A DNA stretch of 64,000 nucleotides from the human T2T-CHM13v2.0 reference genome, Homo sapiens: assembly GCF_009914755.1 (NCBI RefSeq), contig NC_060925.1, one strand, 5' to 3'. Both the position numbers and the translations under genes were made by a program. Positions 15,635 through 30,280 of the stretch are shown here, piece by piece; the stretch's first letter is position 1; each line of letters opens with the position of its first letter. Under the pieces are notes generated by a model. It saw only the letters and a list, made by a program, of their open reading frames with translations. It made no database searches and was not told where the DNA came from.

Positions 15635-17924
15635 TGATATGGTTTAGCTCTGTGTCCCCACCCAAATCTCATCTTGTAGCTCCCATAATTCCCACCTGTT
15701 GTGGGAGGGACTCAGTGAGAGATAATTGAATCATAGGGGTAGGACTTTCCTGTGGTGTTCTCATTATAGTGAATAAGTCTCACGAGATCTGATGGTTTTA
15801 AAAACAGGAGTTTCTGTGCACAAGCTCTCTCTCTTTGCCTGCCACCATCCATGTGAGATTTGACTTGCTCCTCCTTGCCTTCCTTGATGATTGTGAGGCC
15901 TCCCCAACCATGTGGAACTGTAAGCCCATTAAACCTCTTTCTCTTTCCAGTCTTGGATATGTCTTTATCAGCAGCATGAAAATGGACTAATACAGTAAAT
16001 TGGTACCAGGAGTGGGGTGGTGATGAAAAGATACCTGAATATGTGGAAGCGACTTTGGAACTGGGTAACAGGTGGAGGCTGGAAGTTTGGAGGGCTCAGA
16101 AGAAGACAGAAAAGTGTGGCAAAGTTTGTGGAACTTACTAGAGACTTGTTGAATGGCTTTGTCAAAAATGCTAATAGTGATATGAACAACAAGGTCTAGG
16201 CTGAGGAGGTCTCAGATGGCGATGAGGAACTTGTTGGGAACTGTAGTAAAGGTGACTCTTGCTATGTTTTAGCAAACAGAGTGATGGCATTTTTCCCCTG
16301 CCCTAGAGATTTGTGAAACTTTGAACTTGAGAGAGATGATTTCAGGTATCTGGCAGAATAATTTCTAAGGAGCATTCAAGAGGTGACTTTGGGTGTTGTT
16401 AAAAACATTCAGTTTTATAAAGGAAGCAGAGCATTAAAGTTTGGAAAGTTCACAGCCTGAAAATGCAATAGAAAAGAAAGACCCATTTTTTGAAGAGAAA
16501 TTCAAGCCCACTGCATAAATTTGCATAAGGAACGAGTTAATTAATGAATGTTAACCCCCAAGCAATGGGGAAAATTTCTCCAGGCATTCAGAGGTCTTCA
16601 CAGCAGCCCCTCCCATCACAGGCTTGGAGGTCTAGGAGAAAAAGATGGTTTCCCAGGCCGGGCCCAGGGTCCCTCTGTTGTGTGCAGTCTAGGGACTTGA
16701 TCTGCATTGCAGCCACTCCAGCCATGACTAAAATGGGCCAAGGTTCAGCTCGGGCTGTTGCTTCAGCAAGTGGGAGCCCCAAACCATGGCAGCTTCCATG
16801 TGGTGGTGAGCCTGCAAGGGCACAGAAGTCAATAATTGAGGTTTGGGAACCTCCACCGAGATTTCAGAGGATGTATGGAAATGCCTGGATGCCCAGGCAA
16901 GAGTTTGCTGCAGTGGTGGGGCCCTCATGGAGAACCTCTGCTAGAGCAGTATGGGAGGGAAATGTGGGGTCAGAGCCCTCAAGCAGAGTCCCTACTGGGG
17001 CACCACCTAGTGGAGGTGTGAGAAGAGGGCCAAGGTCACCCAGATCCCAGAATGGTAGATCCACTGACAGTTTGCACTGTGCACCTGGAAAAGCCGCAGA
17101 CACTCAATGCTGGCCCATGAAAGCAGCCAGGAGAGGGGCTATAACCTGCAAAGTCACATGGTCGAAGTTGCCCAAGACCATGGGAAGCCACCACTTGCAT
17201 CAGCATGGCCTGGATATGAGACATGGAGTCAAAGGAGATCACTTTGATACTTTAAGACTTGACTGCCGGGTTGGTTTTTGGACTTCCATGGGGCCTGTAG
17301 CCCCTTTGTTTTGACTAATTCCTCTCATTTGGAATGGCTGTATTTACCCAATGCCTGTACCCCCATTGTATCTAGGAAGTAACTAACTTGCTTTTGATTT
17401 TACAGGCTCTTAGGTGGAAGGGACTTGCATTGTCTCAGATGAGACTTTGGACTGTGGACTTTTGAGTTAATGCTGGAATGTGTTAAGACTTTGGGGCACT
17501 GCTAAGAAGGCATGATTGGTTTTGAAATGTGAGGACATGAGATTTGGGAGGGGCTGGGGCAGAATGATATGGTTTGACTCTGTGTCCCCACCGAAATCTC
17601 ATCTTGTAGCTCCCATAATTCCCACGTATTGTGAGAGGGGCCTGGTAGGAGATAACTGAATCATAGAGTCGGCACTTTCCTGTGCTGTTCTCATAATAGT
17701 GAATAAGTCTCACGAGATCTGATGTTTTAAAAAATGAGAGTTTCTGTGCACAAGCTCTCTTCTCTTATCTGCCACCATATGAGATGTGCCTTTCACCTTC
17801 TGCCATGATTGTGTGGCATCCTCAGCCACATGGATGGAACTGTGAGTCCATTAAACCTCCTTCTTCTTTAAATTGACCAGTCTTGGTTATGTCTTTATCA
17901 GCAGTATGAAAACAGAGTAATACA
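15635..17924 (+). mobile_element. Full-length THE1 (THE1B-like) MaLR: LTR 15635-15994, internal region, LTR 17565-17924
   Basis: Both LTRs run TGATATGG...TAATACA; perfect TSD ATATT; MaLR internal ORF remnant 16544-17314. Confidence 0.95.
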
Positions 17925-18609
17925 ATATTTCAAATAATAGATTCTTGAATACATAATTCCAAGATTACACAGCTTAGAGAACCTCAGACTGTACCAGTGG
18001 GCTAAGCAGGATTTCCATGTCTAGTTTTACTCAGGAAGCAAACAGCTTTATGAAGGCAAACTACTACTGATGGAAAACCCAGTAGCAAAGAATTAATTAC
18101 AGTATTACGTTAAGTCTCCTTTTCTCCAGGTTTTTTATCTTTACTGAATTTTTTTTTTTGTTTTTGGCCAAAGAAAGTTTTTGATCAAAAAGTTATTCTC
18201 TACTGGTAGCAGCAATAATTGAGAATTTGGTTTTATGCACTCACAATTTGGGTTATTTTTCTAGATAAATGATAGACATCTATTCTCTTTTGAGAGAGAT
18301 GACAAATAATCCCATTTGACACCCCTTTTCCTTTATTTGTCCACGTTTATCTCAAATCAACTAAGTATTTGGTGCACACTGAGAAGAAAAAGAGATTTTT
18401 TATATCTGTAATGGTGATGTTTTTGTTTTTGTGTCTATTTTTTATTACTCTCTAGAAAGCATTTATTAACATTTACTTTAATTTTCTTTCCGTATTCTGG
18501 AAAATAAATATAATACACAAAATGCAATAAAATGCTCTCTTCCCATTTCAAATAAATATAATTTGCTCTTGCAAAACATGTAATAATCTGTGTAATTCAC
18601 TACAGTATA

Positions 18610-18994
18610 TGTGTTAGTCCGTTTTCACACTGCTATAAAAAAAATACCTGAGACTGGGTAATGTATGAAGAAAAGAGGTTTAATTGACTCAGTTTCACAG
18701 GCTTAACAGGAAGCATGGCTGGAAGGCCTCAGGAAACTTACAATCATGGCAGCAGGAAAAGGGGAAGCAAGCATGTCTTACCATGGCAGAGCAGGAGAGA
18801 TAGAGTGTGTGAGGGTGTAAGTGCTACACACTTTCAAAAAAATCAGATGTCATGAGAATTCACTCACTATCACAAGAACAAAAGGGAAGTCCACCCCCAT
18901 GATTCAATCACCTCCCAGCAGGCTATTCCTCCAACACATTGGGATTACAACTTGACATGAGATCTGGGTGGGGGCATAGAGCCAAACCATATCA
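18610..18994 (-). mobile_element. MSTA-like solo LTR inside the TSPAN12 retrocopy 3' UTR
   Basis: tgtgttagtcc...gccaaaccatatca. Confidence 0.88.
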
Positions 18995-19160
18995 ATTTAC
19001 TATCAGGAAAATAAGGATAATCCCTAGTTACATTGTCACTTATTTTAATGACTGCCACAAGCATCTTACTCTGGAGAAAAAGAACACCATTGTCTGTGGG
19101 ATTATATTGACTTGGAGACTGTTGCTTCTTGTTTGGAGGAGGCAAAGATAAACTCTTTTA

Positions 19161-19365
<205 letters not shown>

Positions 19366-20874
19366 TTAGTGTCAAAAAGTATCTTAGTTTGGGAGAAAAA
19401 TAGCATCTAGGTCTTTGCTAAATCAACTAAATTGTGTGGTAACTTTCCTGTTAATACTTCCTAGAGACCAGACCACATTCTGAATAATGATTCCTGTGTA
19501 TCACACTGATAATTTTCAAATTAGTGGTTAAGTATTTGAATTCATAGTTATGTATATGCTATTATATAAACCCAAAACAGAATTTTAAAGCTCCATTAAC
19601 AGGAAAGGCTAAAAATAATGGTGCTTTACAGGACAAATTTATCTTTTTTACAATTGTTATTATTAACATTATAAAAACTGAAATCTATTGAATTATAAAG
19701 ACTTAACACAGGCTTATAAATGCTTGTGTCCATGATCACTTTAAGACAATGTGTTAGTTTGCTCTTACAAGTGGTAAGAATATTTTACTAACCAGCAAAA
19801 ATTACATGTAGGTATTCACATTCACCAATCTTAAAAATTTTCTTTTGTGTAATCTATTCACACTCAAAAGAATATATCGCCAAGGAATAAAAGTCATTAT
19901 TACTGTTTGTTTTCTTATGTTAGCAGTTGATTGGTACTTTATATACTACCTGGTAGAAGTAAACTAACATTTACTGTAGTTCCAGTCCCGCCATATGTGG
20001 CTTATTTACATGGATGAGAAATGCTGATCAAACCATGCCACCTCAAAACATACTGTGTTCAGTAAAAAATCTTACACAGGCTATAAAGTGGGTATTAAAT
20101 CTGTCCTCAGTATTATAAAGGACATCAATTAGTGTCCAGCTGGTGACATAATATGAAAACTTTTTTCTTCATTTATAAGGGTAGAAAATTATATGCCCAG
20201 GCATTCCTTTATAGCAACATGTTTATTTCTACAAATTTCTGTAACAGTTAAGTGTGTACTCAAAAATTCACAAGTCCAATAAAATAAGTTTGTGGTTTCC
20301 TTCTTTGACATTCTTAATATTTACTCCATTTCAAAGGGTGTATTAAAGTTGTTTGCCAAGGATGTATGTTCAAAGATCCTTGACAGGCTTGGTATGGACA
20401 GTTCTACTGAGTGACATGAGTTGCTGAGAGGTGCTTCAGGGATGTCATTTGGTCTATCTCAGGCTCCCTTCTCTCATAATACAGAGCCCAGAGTTAAGTA
20501 GTGGTGAGAATCATGGCCAGGTTTGTGTCACTTTAATGGAAATTCCCAGAAAACTTAGCACTTGTGATTGTTTGGTTCCTTTCAAAAGGAAACATTTTTG
20601 TTCCCACAGTACTCTTGATAAAGGTCACTAAGATCTTCCTGGTGGGAATTCTCTAGCATAGCAGGATTCTGGGGGCTAGTCCGTCCCTGTCATTTCCAAC
20701 CAGTCACTGAAACATACTACTTCACAACACTTAAATGCCCACCAAAAACTTTCCAACCATGAGTAAGCCACTGGTATCCAGGTAAGTCATATTTGCCATT
20801 CTGGCTTTCAAAGTGACTACATCTAACCACTGTACTGGAACCACACACTTCTGTTCATATGTCCAAATGCCACT

Positions 20875-21064
20875 AGCCTCAGCCTCCTGGGTAGCTGGGA
20901 CTATAGGCATGTGCCACCAAACACAGCTAATTTTTTTCATATTTTTGGTAGAGATGGGATTTCACCATGTTGGCCAGGATGGTCTTGATCTCTTGACCTC
21001 GTGATCCACCCACCTCGGCCTCCCAAAGTGCTGGGATTACAGGCCTGAACCACCACACCCAGCC
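20875..21064 (-). mobile_element. AluS-like element lacking its 3' part
   Basis: Left arm, linker and start of the right arm only; no tail. Confidence 0.88.
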
Positions 21065-23928
21065 AGAAATAATTAGATTTATTTGATGTCCGTCTACTAT
21101 AACAGTTACATGGGAAGAGTTGTCAAATCAGAAAAGACACCCAATCTGCCCTAGGCTAAATTTGCATAGGTAAATGCATAGGTAAATGATATGCAAATAC
21201 ATACATTTGCATAGGTAAAGTGATGTTTGTATAAATATTCCAGGAATTATATATTTTACAAGAACTTCCTGGATATTTCTCAATATTCCTTGCTACTGTA
21301 TTATTTATTATTTATTATTTATTATTATTTATTATTTATTATTATACTTTAAGTTCTAGGGTACATGTGCAGAACGTGCAGGTTTGTTACATAGGTATAC
21401 ATGTGCCATGTTGGTTTGCTGTACCCATCAACTCGTCATTTATATTAGGTATTTCTAATGCTATCTCTCCCCCAGCCCCCCACCCCATGATAGGCCCCAG
21501 TGTGTGACATTCCCCTCCCTGTGTCCATGTGTTCTCATTGCTCAACTCCCACTTATGAGTGAGAACATGTGGTGTTTGGTTTTCTGTCCTTGTGATATTT
21601 TACTGAGTATGATGGTTTCCACCTTCATCCATGTCCCTACAAAGGACATGAACTCATCCTTTTTTATGGCTGCATAGTATTCCATGGTGTATATGTGCTA
21701 CATTTTCTTTATCCAGTCTATTATTGAAGGACATTTGGGTTGGTTCCAAGTCTTTGCTATTGTGAATAGTGCCACAATAAACATACATGTGCATGTGTCT
21801 TTATAGTAGCATGATTTATAATCCTTTGGGTATACTCAGTAATGGCATTGCTGGGTCAAACGTATTTCTATTTCTAGATCCTTGAGGAATTCCCACACTG
21901 TCTTCCACAATGGTTGAACTAATTTACACTCCCACCAACAATGTAAAAGCATTCCTATTTCTCCACATCCTCTCCAGCATCTGTTGTTTCCTAACTTTTT
22001 AATGATCGCCATTCTAACTGGCATGAGATGGTATCTCATTGTGGTTTTGATTTGCATTTCTCTGATGGCCAGTGATGATGAGCATTTTTTGATATGTCTG
22101 TTGGCTGCATAAATGTCTTCTTTTGAGAAGTGTCTGTTCATATCCTTTGCCCACTTTTTGATGGGTTTGTTTATTTTTATCTTGTAAATTTGTTTAAGTT
22201 CTTTGTAGATTCTGGATATTAGCCCTTTGTCAGATGAGTAGATTGCAAAAATTTTCTCCCATTCTGTAGGTTGCCTGTTCACTCTAACGATAGTTTCTTT
22301 TGCTCTGCAGAAGCTCTTTAATTAGATCCCATTTGTGAATTTTGGCTTTTGTTGCCATTGCTTTTGGTATTTTAGTCATGAAGTCTTTGCCCATGCCTAT
22401 GTCCTGAATGGTATTGCCTAGGTTTTCTTCTAGGGTTTTTATGGTTTTAGGTCTTACATTTAAGTCTTTAATCCATCTTGAATTAATTTTTATATAAGGC
22501 ATAAGGAAAGGATCCAGTTTCAGGTTTCTACATATGACTAGCCAGTTTTCCCAGCACCATTTATTAAATAGGGAATCTTTTCCCCATTGCTTGTTTTTGT
22601 CAGGTTTGTCAAAGATCAGATGGTTGTAGATGTCTGGTGTTATTTCTGAGGCCTCTGTTCTGTTCCATTGGTCTATCTCTCTCTGTTTTGGTACCAGTAC
22701 CATGCTGTTTTGGTTACTGTAGCCTTGTAGTATAGTTCAAAGTCAGATAGTGTGATGCCTCCAGCTTTGTTCTTTTTGCTTAGGATTGTCTTGGCTATGT
22801 GGGCTCTTTTTTGGTTCTATATGAAATTTAAAGTAGTTTTTTCCAAATCTGTGAAGAAAGTCAGTGGTAGCTTGATGAGGATAGCATTGAATCTATAAAT
22901 TACCTTGGGCAGTATGGCCATTTTCATGATATTGATTCTTCCTATCCATGAGCAGGGAATGTTCTTCCATTTGTTTGTGTCCTCTCTTATTTCGTTGAGC
23001 AGTGGTTTGTAGTTCTCCTTGAAAAGGTCCTTCACATCCCCTGTAATTTGGATTCCTAGGTATTTTATTCTCTTTGTAGTAAATGTGAATGGGAGTTCAC
23101 TCATGTTTTGGCTCTCTGTCTGTTTTTAGTGTATAGGAATTCTTGTGACTTTTGCACATTGATTTTCTATCCTGAGACTTTGCTGAAGTTGCTTATCAGC
23201 TTAAGGAGATTTTGGCTGAGATGATGGGGTTTTCTAAATATACAATCATGTCACCTGCAAACAAAGACAATTTGACTTTCTCTTTTCCTAATTGAATACC
23301 TCTTATTGCTTTTTCTTGCCTGATTGCCCTGGCCAGAACTTCCAATACTATGTTGAATAGGAGCAGTGAGAAAGGGCATCCTTGTCTTGTGCTGGTTTTC
23401 AAAGGGAATGCTTCCAGTTTTTGCCCATTTGGTATGATATTGGCTGTGGGTTTGTCATAAATAGCTCTTATTATTTTGAGATACGTTCCATCAATACCTA
23501 GTTTATTGAGAGTTTTTAGTGTGAAAGGCTGTTGAACTTTCTCAAAGGCCTTTTCTGCATCTATTGAGATAATGATGTGTTTTTGACATTGGTTCTGTTT
23601 ATGTGATGGACTACGTTTATTGATTTGCGAATGTTGAACCAGCCCTGCATCCCAGGGATGAAGAAAACTTGATCACGGTGGACAAACTTTTTGATGTGCT
23701 GCTGGATTCAGTTTGCCAGTATTTTATTGAGGATTTTCGCATCAATGTTCATCAGACATATTGGCCTAAAATTATCTTTTCCTGTTGTGTTTCTGCCAGG
23801 CTTTGATATCAGGATGATTCTAGCCTCATAAAATGAGTTAGGGAGGATTCTCTCTTTTTCTATTGATTGGAGTAGTTTCAGAAGGAATGGTACCAGCTCC
23901 TCTTTGTACCTCGGACAGAATTCGGCTA

Positions 23929-24108
<180 letters not shown>

Positions 24109-25703
24109 TTAATAGTATTCTCTGATGGTAGTTTGTATTTCTGTGGGATCGGTGGTGACATCCCCTTTATCATTTTTTATTGCATCTATTTGATTCTTCT
24201 CTCTTTTCTTCTTTATTAGTCTTGCTAGCGGTCTATCTATTTTGTTGATCTTTTCAAAAAACCAGCTCCTGGATTCATTGATTTTTTTGAAGAGTTTTTT
24301 TGTGTCTCTATCTCCTTCAAGTTCTTCTCTGATCTTAGTTATTTCTTGTCTTCTGCTAGCTTTTGAATTCGTTTGCTCTTGCTTCTCTAGCTCTTTTAAT
24401 TGTGATGTCAGGGTGTCAACTTTAGATCTTTCCTCCTTTCTATAGAGGGCATTTAGTGCTATAAATTTCCCTCTACACACTGCTTTAAGTGTGTTCCAGA
24501 GATTCTGGTACTTTGTGTCTTTCTTCTCATTGGTTTCAAAGAACATCTTTATTTCTGCCTTAATTTCATTATTTACCTAGTAATCATTCAGGAGCAGGTT
24601 GTTCAGTTTCCATGTAGTTGTGTGGTTTTGAGTGAGTTTCTTAATCCTGAGTTCTAATTTGATTGCACTGTGGTCTGAGAGACAGTTTATTGTGATTTCG
24701 GTGCTTTTACATTTGCTGAGGAGTGTTTTACTTCCAATTATGTGGTCAGTTTTATAGTAAGTGTGATGTGGTGCTGAGAAGAATGTATATTTTGTTAATT
24801 TGGGGTGGAGAGTTCCGTAGATGTCTATTAGGTCTGCTTGGTCCAGAGCTGAGTTCAAGTCCTGGATATCCTTGTTAATTTTCTGTCTCATTGATCTGCC
24901 TAATATTGACAGTGGGGTGTTAAAGTCTCTCATTATTATTGTGTGGGAGTGTAAGTCTCTTTGTGGGTCTCTAAGAACTTGCTTTATGAATCAGGGTGCT
25001 CCTGTATTGGGTGCATATATATTTACAATAGTTAGCTCTTCTTGTTTCACTGATCCCTTTAACATTATGTGATGGCTTTCTTTGTCTCTTTTGATTTTTG
25101 TTGGTTTAAAGTCTGTTTTATCAGAGACCAGGAATGCAACCCATGCTTTTTTTGCTTTCCATTTGCTTGGTAGATCTTCCTCCATCCTTTTATTTTGAGC
25201 CTACGTGTTTCTTTGCATGTGAGATGGGTCTCCTGGATACACCACACTGACGGTCTTGACTCTTTATCCAATTTGTCAGTCTGTGTCTTTTAATTGGGGC
25301 ATTTAGCCCATTTACATTTAAGATTAATATTTTTATGTGTGAATTTGATCCTGTCATTATGATGTTAGCTTGTTAATTTGCCTGTTAATTAATGCGGTTT
25401 CTTCATAGCATCGATGGTCTTTACAATTTGGCATGTACTGGTTGTTCCTTTCCATGTTTAGTGCTTACTTCAGGAGATCTTATAAATCAGGCCTGGTGGT
25501 GACAAAATCTCTCAGCATTTGCTTGTCTGTAAAGGATTTTATTTCTCCTTCACTTATTAAGCTTCTTTTTGCTGGATATGAGATTCTGGATTGAAAATTA
25601 TTTTCTTTAAGAATGATGAATATTGGCCCCCACTCTCTTCTGGCTTGTAGGGTTTCTGCAGAGAGATCCACTGTTAGTCTGATGGGCTTCCCTTTGTGGG
25701 TAA

Positions 25704-26038
<335 letters not shown>

Positions 26039-26522
26039 CTTGGCTGTCCTTGACATTTTTTCTTCATTTCGGCCTTGGTGAATCTGATGATTATTTGTCT
26101 CAGGATTGCTCTTCTCAAGGAGTATCTTTGTGGTGTTCTCTGTATTTCCTGAATTTGAACATTGGCCTGCCTTGCTAGATTGGGGAAGTTCTCCTGGATA
26201 ATATCCTGAAGAGTGTTTTCTAACTTGGTTCCATTCTCCCTGTCACTTTCAGGTACACCAATCAAACACAGATTTGGTCTTTTCACATAGTCCCACATTT
26301 CTTGGAGGCTTTGTTCATTTCTTTTCATTCTTTTTTCTCTAATCTTATTTTTATGCTTTATTTCATTAATGTGATCTTCAATCACTGATATTCTTTCTTT
26401 CATTTGATCAAATCTGCTATTGAAGCCTGTGTATGCTTCATGAAGTTCTCGTACTGTGGTTTTCAACTCCATCAGGTCATTTCAGCTCTTCTCTACGCTC
26501 ATTATTCTAGTTAGCCATTTTC

Positions 26523-26816
26523 TTTTTTTTTTTTTTTTTTTTTTTTGAGACAGAGTCTCGTTCTGTCGCCCAGGCTGGAGTGCAGTGGCACAATCTTGGC
26601 TCACTGCAAGTTCCGCCTCCCGGGTTCACACCATTCTCCTGCCTCAGCCTCTCCGAGTAGCTGGGACTACAGGCACCCACCACCACGCCCGGCTAATTTT
26701 TTGTATTTTTAGTAGAGACGGGGTTTCACCGTGGTCTTGATCTCCTGACCTCATGATCTGCCCACCTTGGCCTCCCAAAGTGCTGGGATTACAAGCATGA
26801 GCCACCGTGCCTGGCC
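26523..26816 (-). mobile_element. AluY-like SINE with a 12-bp left-arm deletion (AluYd-type)
   Basis: TSD TAGTTAGCCATTTTCT; sense strand reads gatcaagacc^acggtgaaacc. Confidence 0.88.
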
Positions 26817-28287
26817 TAGTTAGCCATTTTCTAACCTTTTTTCAAGGTTTTTAGCTTCCTTGCAATGAGTTAGAACATGCTCCTTTAGCTCAGAGAGGTT
26901 TGTTATTACCGACCTTCTGAAACCTACTTCTGTCAACTTCTGTCAGACTCATTCTCCATCCAGTTTTGTTCTGTTGGCAAGGAGTTGTGTTCCTTTCGAG
27001 GAGAAGAGGCATTCTGGTTTTTGGAATTTTCAGCCTTTCTGCTCTGGTTTCTCCCCATCTTTGTGGTTTTTATCTACCTTTGGTCTTTGATGTTGGTGAC
27101 CTATGGTTGGAGTTTTGGTGTGGATGTCCTTTTTGTTGATGTTGATGCTATTCCTTTCTGTTTGTTAGTTTTCCTTCTAACAGACAGGTCCCTCAGCTGC
27201 AGGTCTGTTGGAGTTTGCTGGAGGTCCACTCCAGACCCTGTTTGCCTGGGTATCACCAGCAGAGGCTGCAGAATGCTAACATTGCTGCCTGATCCTTCCT
27301 CTGGATGCTTTCTCCCAGAGGGGCACCTGCCTGTATGAGGTGTCTGTCAGCCCCTACTAGGAGGTGTCTCCCAGTCAGGCTACATGGGCATCAGGGACCC
27401 ACTTGAAGAGGCAGTCTGTCTGTTATTGGAGCTTGAATACTATGCTAGGAGAACCATGCTCTCTTCAGAGCTGTCAGGCAGGGACATTTAAGTCTGCAGA
27501 AGCTGTCTGCTGCCTTTTGCTCAGATATGCCCTGCCCCCAGAGGTAGAATATAGAGAGGCAGTAGGCCTTGCTGAGCTGTGGTGGGCTCAGCCCAGTTTG
27601 AGGTTCCCTGCTGTTTACACTGTGAGCATAGAACCACCTACTGAAGTCTCAGCAATGGTGGACGCACCTCCCCCCTCCAGCATCCCAGGTGGATCTCAGA
27701 CTGCTGTGCTAGCAGCAAGTAAGCCTCCGTAGGCTTGGGACTTGCCAAGCCAGGCACTGGAGGGAATCTCCTGGTCTGCCAGTTGCGAAGACCATGGGAA
27801 AAGCACAGTATTTGAACAGGAGTATACCGTTCCTCCAGGTACAGTCACTCACGGCTTCCCTTGGCTAGGAAAGGGGAATTCCCCTGACCTCTTGTGCTTC
27901 CCAGGTGAGGTAATGCCCCACCCTGCTTCTGCTCACCCTCCATGGGCTGCACCCACTGTCCAACCAGTCCCAATGAGATGAACCAAGTACCTCAGTTGGG
28001 AATGCAGAAATCACCTATCTTCTGCATCAATTCACTGTGAGCTGTAGACTGCAGCTGTTCCTATTCTGCCGTCTTGGAAGTGTCCTGTAATAGTATGTTT
28101 CACCCTCAGAATAACACCAATCAAAAGTCTAATGATATAGCTCTGCTGCCTTTTCCTATACTTATCAGAGTCCTGGAGGTACTTTGTCTGATATTAGGTC
28201 ACCTTATCTGTAATAATTTTATATATTATTGAAATATTTAATTGGCCACAATCTTACTTCTTTAATTTGCATAAAGCATCTTCTAGG

Positions 28288-28385
28288 CCAGTGGTTCTCA
28301 AGTTGGGTTGCAGATCAGACTTATTCTTGAAGTTTTATAAAAATATAAATGTCTAGCCCCTACTCCATACTTACTGAATCTTTTT
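28288..28385. mobile_element. MER5-like hAT MITE fragment
   Basis: cagtggttctcaa terminal motif. Confidence 0.55.
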
Positions 28386-28556
28386 AATTAATATTCTCAG
28401 AAAAAAAATGATGTCTCAGGATTATTATATGTTGACCTCAAGATTTTTAAAATCTTTACATGCCTTGAAACAAGCAAATTTCCTCAACAGTTGCATTTTT
28501 TATTTTACGAACATTCATCAGAACTTTTAGGTTTGAAAATTATTAGTTATAAAATA

Positions 28557-28848
<292 letters not shown>

Positions 28849-28877
28849 TTATAAAATAACTGCAGCCATTAAGCCTC

Positions 28878-29340
28878 TGTTATGCAAGTGAATAGAGACA
28901 ACCCAAATGAAAACAAGGAAAGCCTATTTATCCTGAGCTTGCTATAGCAAAGGAGCCACCATCACTTGCATCTTGACAGAGATTCAAAGGCAGGCAGAGG
29001 AGTGGGAAAGCTTTACAGTGGGAAGAGGGAAGACTTCAAGAGTGCCCTTACTAAAGGCTGTTGGCCTGGAGAAGTTGTAGGTGGGCCAGCTGGAAGTGGG
29101 GCATCCTGTGTGATTGGTTGGGGAACATACTTGGCTTTCTCTGGTTGGTTCTAAAATTGGTAGCAGGGGTGAAAATTAGGGAAACTATCAATTATGAATC
29201 AAGTCCTGGCCATTTGAGGACAATTGCTTCCAGGGTTATCATCTGATTTCTTGGACTGGTTGCTACAGAAAGTACGTTGGCTTCCCAGGCTGGTTGCCAC
29301 AGTCGTGGGTCAGTTCCACTTGTATAGTTTGGTCCATAGA
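28878..29340 (-). mobile_element. ERV1 solo LTR (MER89/MER90/MER110-like)
   Basis: gagcttgctatagcaaaggag...aggcaggcagaggagtgggaaagcttt...gtgattggttgggg; right boundary uncertain. Confidence 0.6.
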
Positions 29341-30280
29341 ATTGCCTGTCTCATTGTCATTTACAGATAGCTTTTGTTTCATCCAGATACTTGCTTAAAG
29401 TTTCTGCTAAAAGCTACAGGTCAGCATTTGTTTCTTCAATAAAGAAGACCACAGTGCCTGCCTTGAGAAAAAGGACTATACAAACTATGAATACTTCAAA
29501 GAATAGACTTTTAGGTCCAAGATTCTGTGCTGACATTGCTTAGACAACTTTCATACCACAGCAGTGGGATCAGTCAGAATTTTCAGAATCATTTTTAGTC
29601 TAGAAATAGATAGCTTCATGAAAGCAGACTGCTAACCCAAGATCTAACACAAAAATTAATTACATAAGACTGAATAAACTGATGAAGGAAATTTTTTGGT
29701 AACTGTTCATTTTTTATATTGTTGATATTGTTTTAGTGGTCTATCTTCCATATGTACATGTAGAATATATAGCTATAGATATAGATATGTATTCTATCTC
29801 TTCCTGAGCTTTCTGGATCCAAAAAAATTAATAAACTCAATTTCTGTAAACTCAAGTAAAAAATTTAAAATGATACCTGATTATTCCTGAACCCCAGATC
29901 AGAAATTCTAAATTATGAGTCTCCTTGCTTTCTGTGGCAACATAGTTATTTGCATAGGTTCTTACCAGGATATGATTGGACAAATCGTGCAGCATTAGCT
30001 GGAGTGTCACATTTCAGAATAATCCTCACTGAATTCAGTATGACCAGCCACTTTTGAGGAACAAGGGTTGACTTCACTTATAGAGCTGGTGCATACAAAT
30101 CCCCCTTGGGAATATGGTCCTGGTTTATAAAGTCTCATTCTCAAAGGCAGTAAGGAAGATCACTTCCTGGAAAGCCTGGGACTTTAGCAAATTTAGGGGA
30201 CCTTAAGAAGACAGGGATTTGCTCAAATGTACAGGCAGGTGATGTCTGGTGGAGAGAGTTTCTTGGATTTGACCTTGTAG

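Noticed and set aside
16544-17314. 256-aa ORF as a novel gene
   Set aside because: Lies wholly in the THE1 internal region and is the known MaLR ORF remnant
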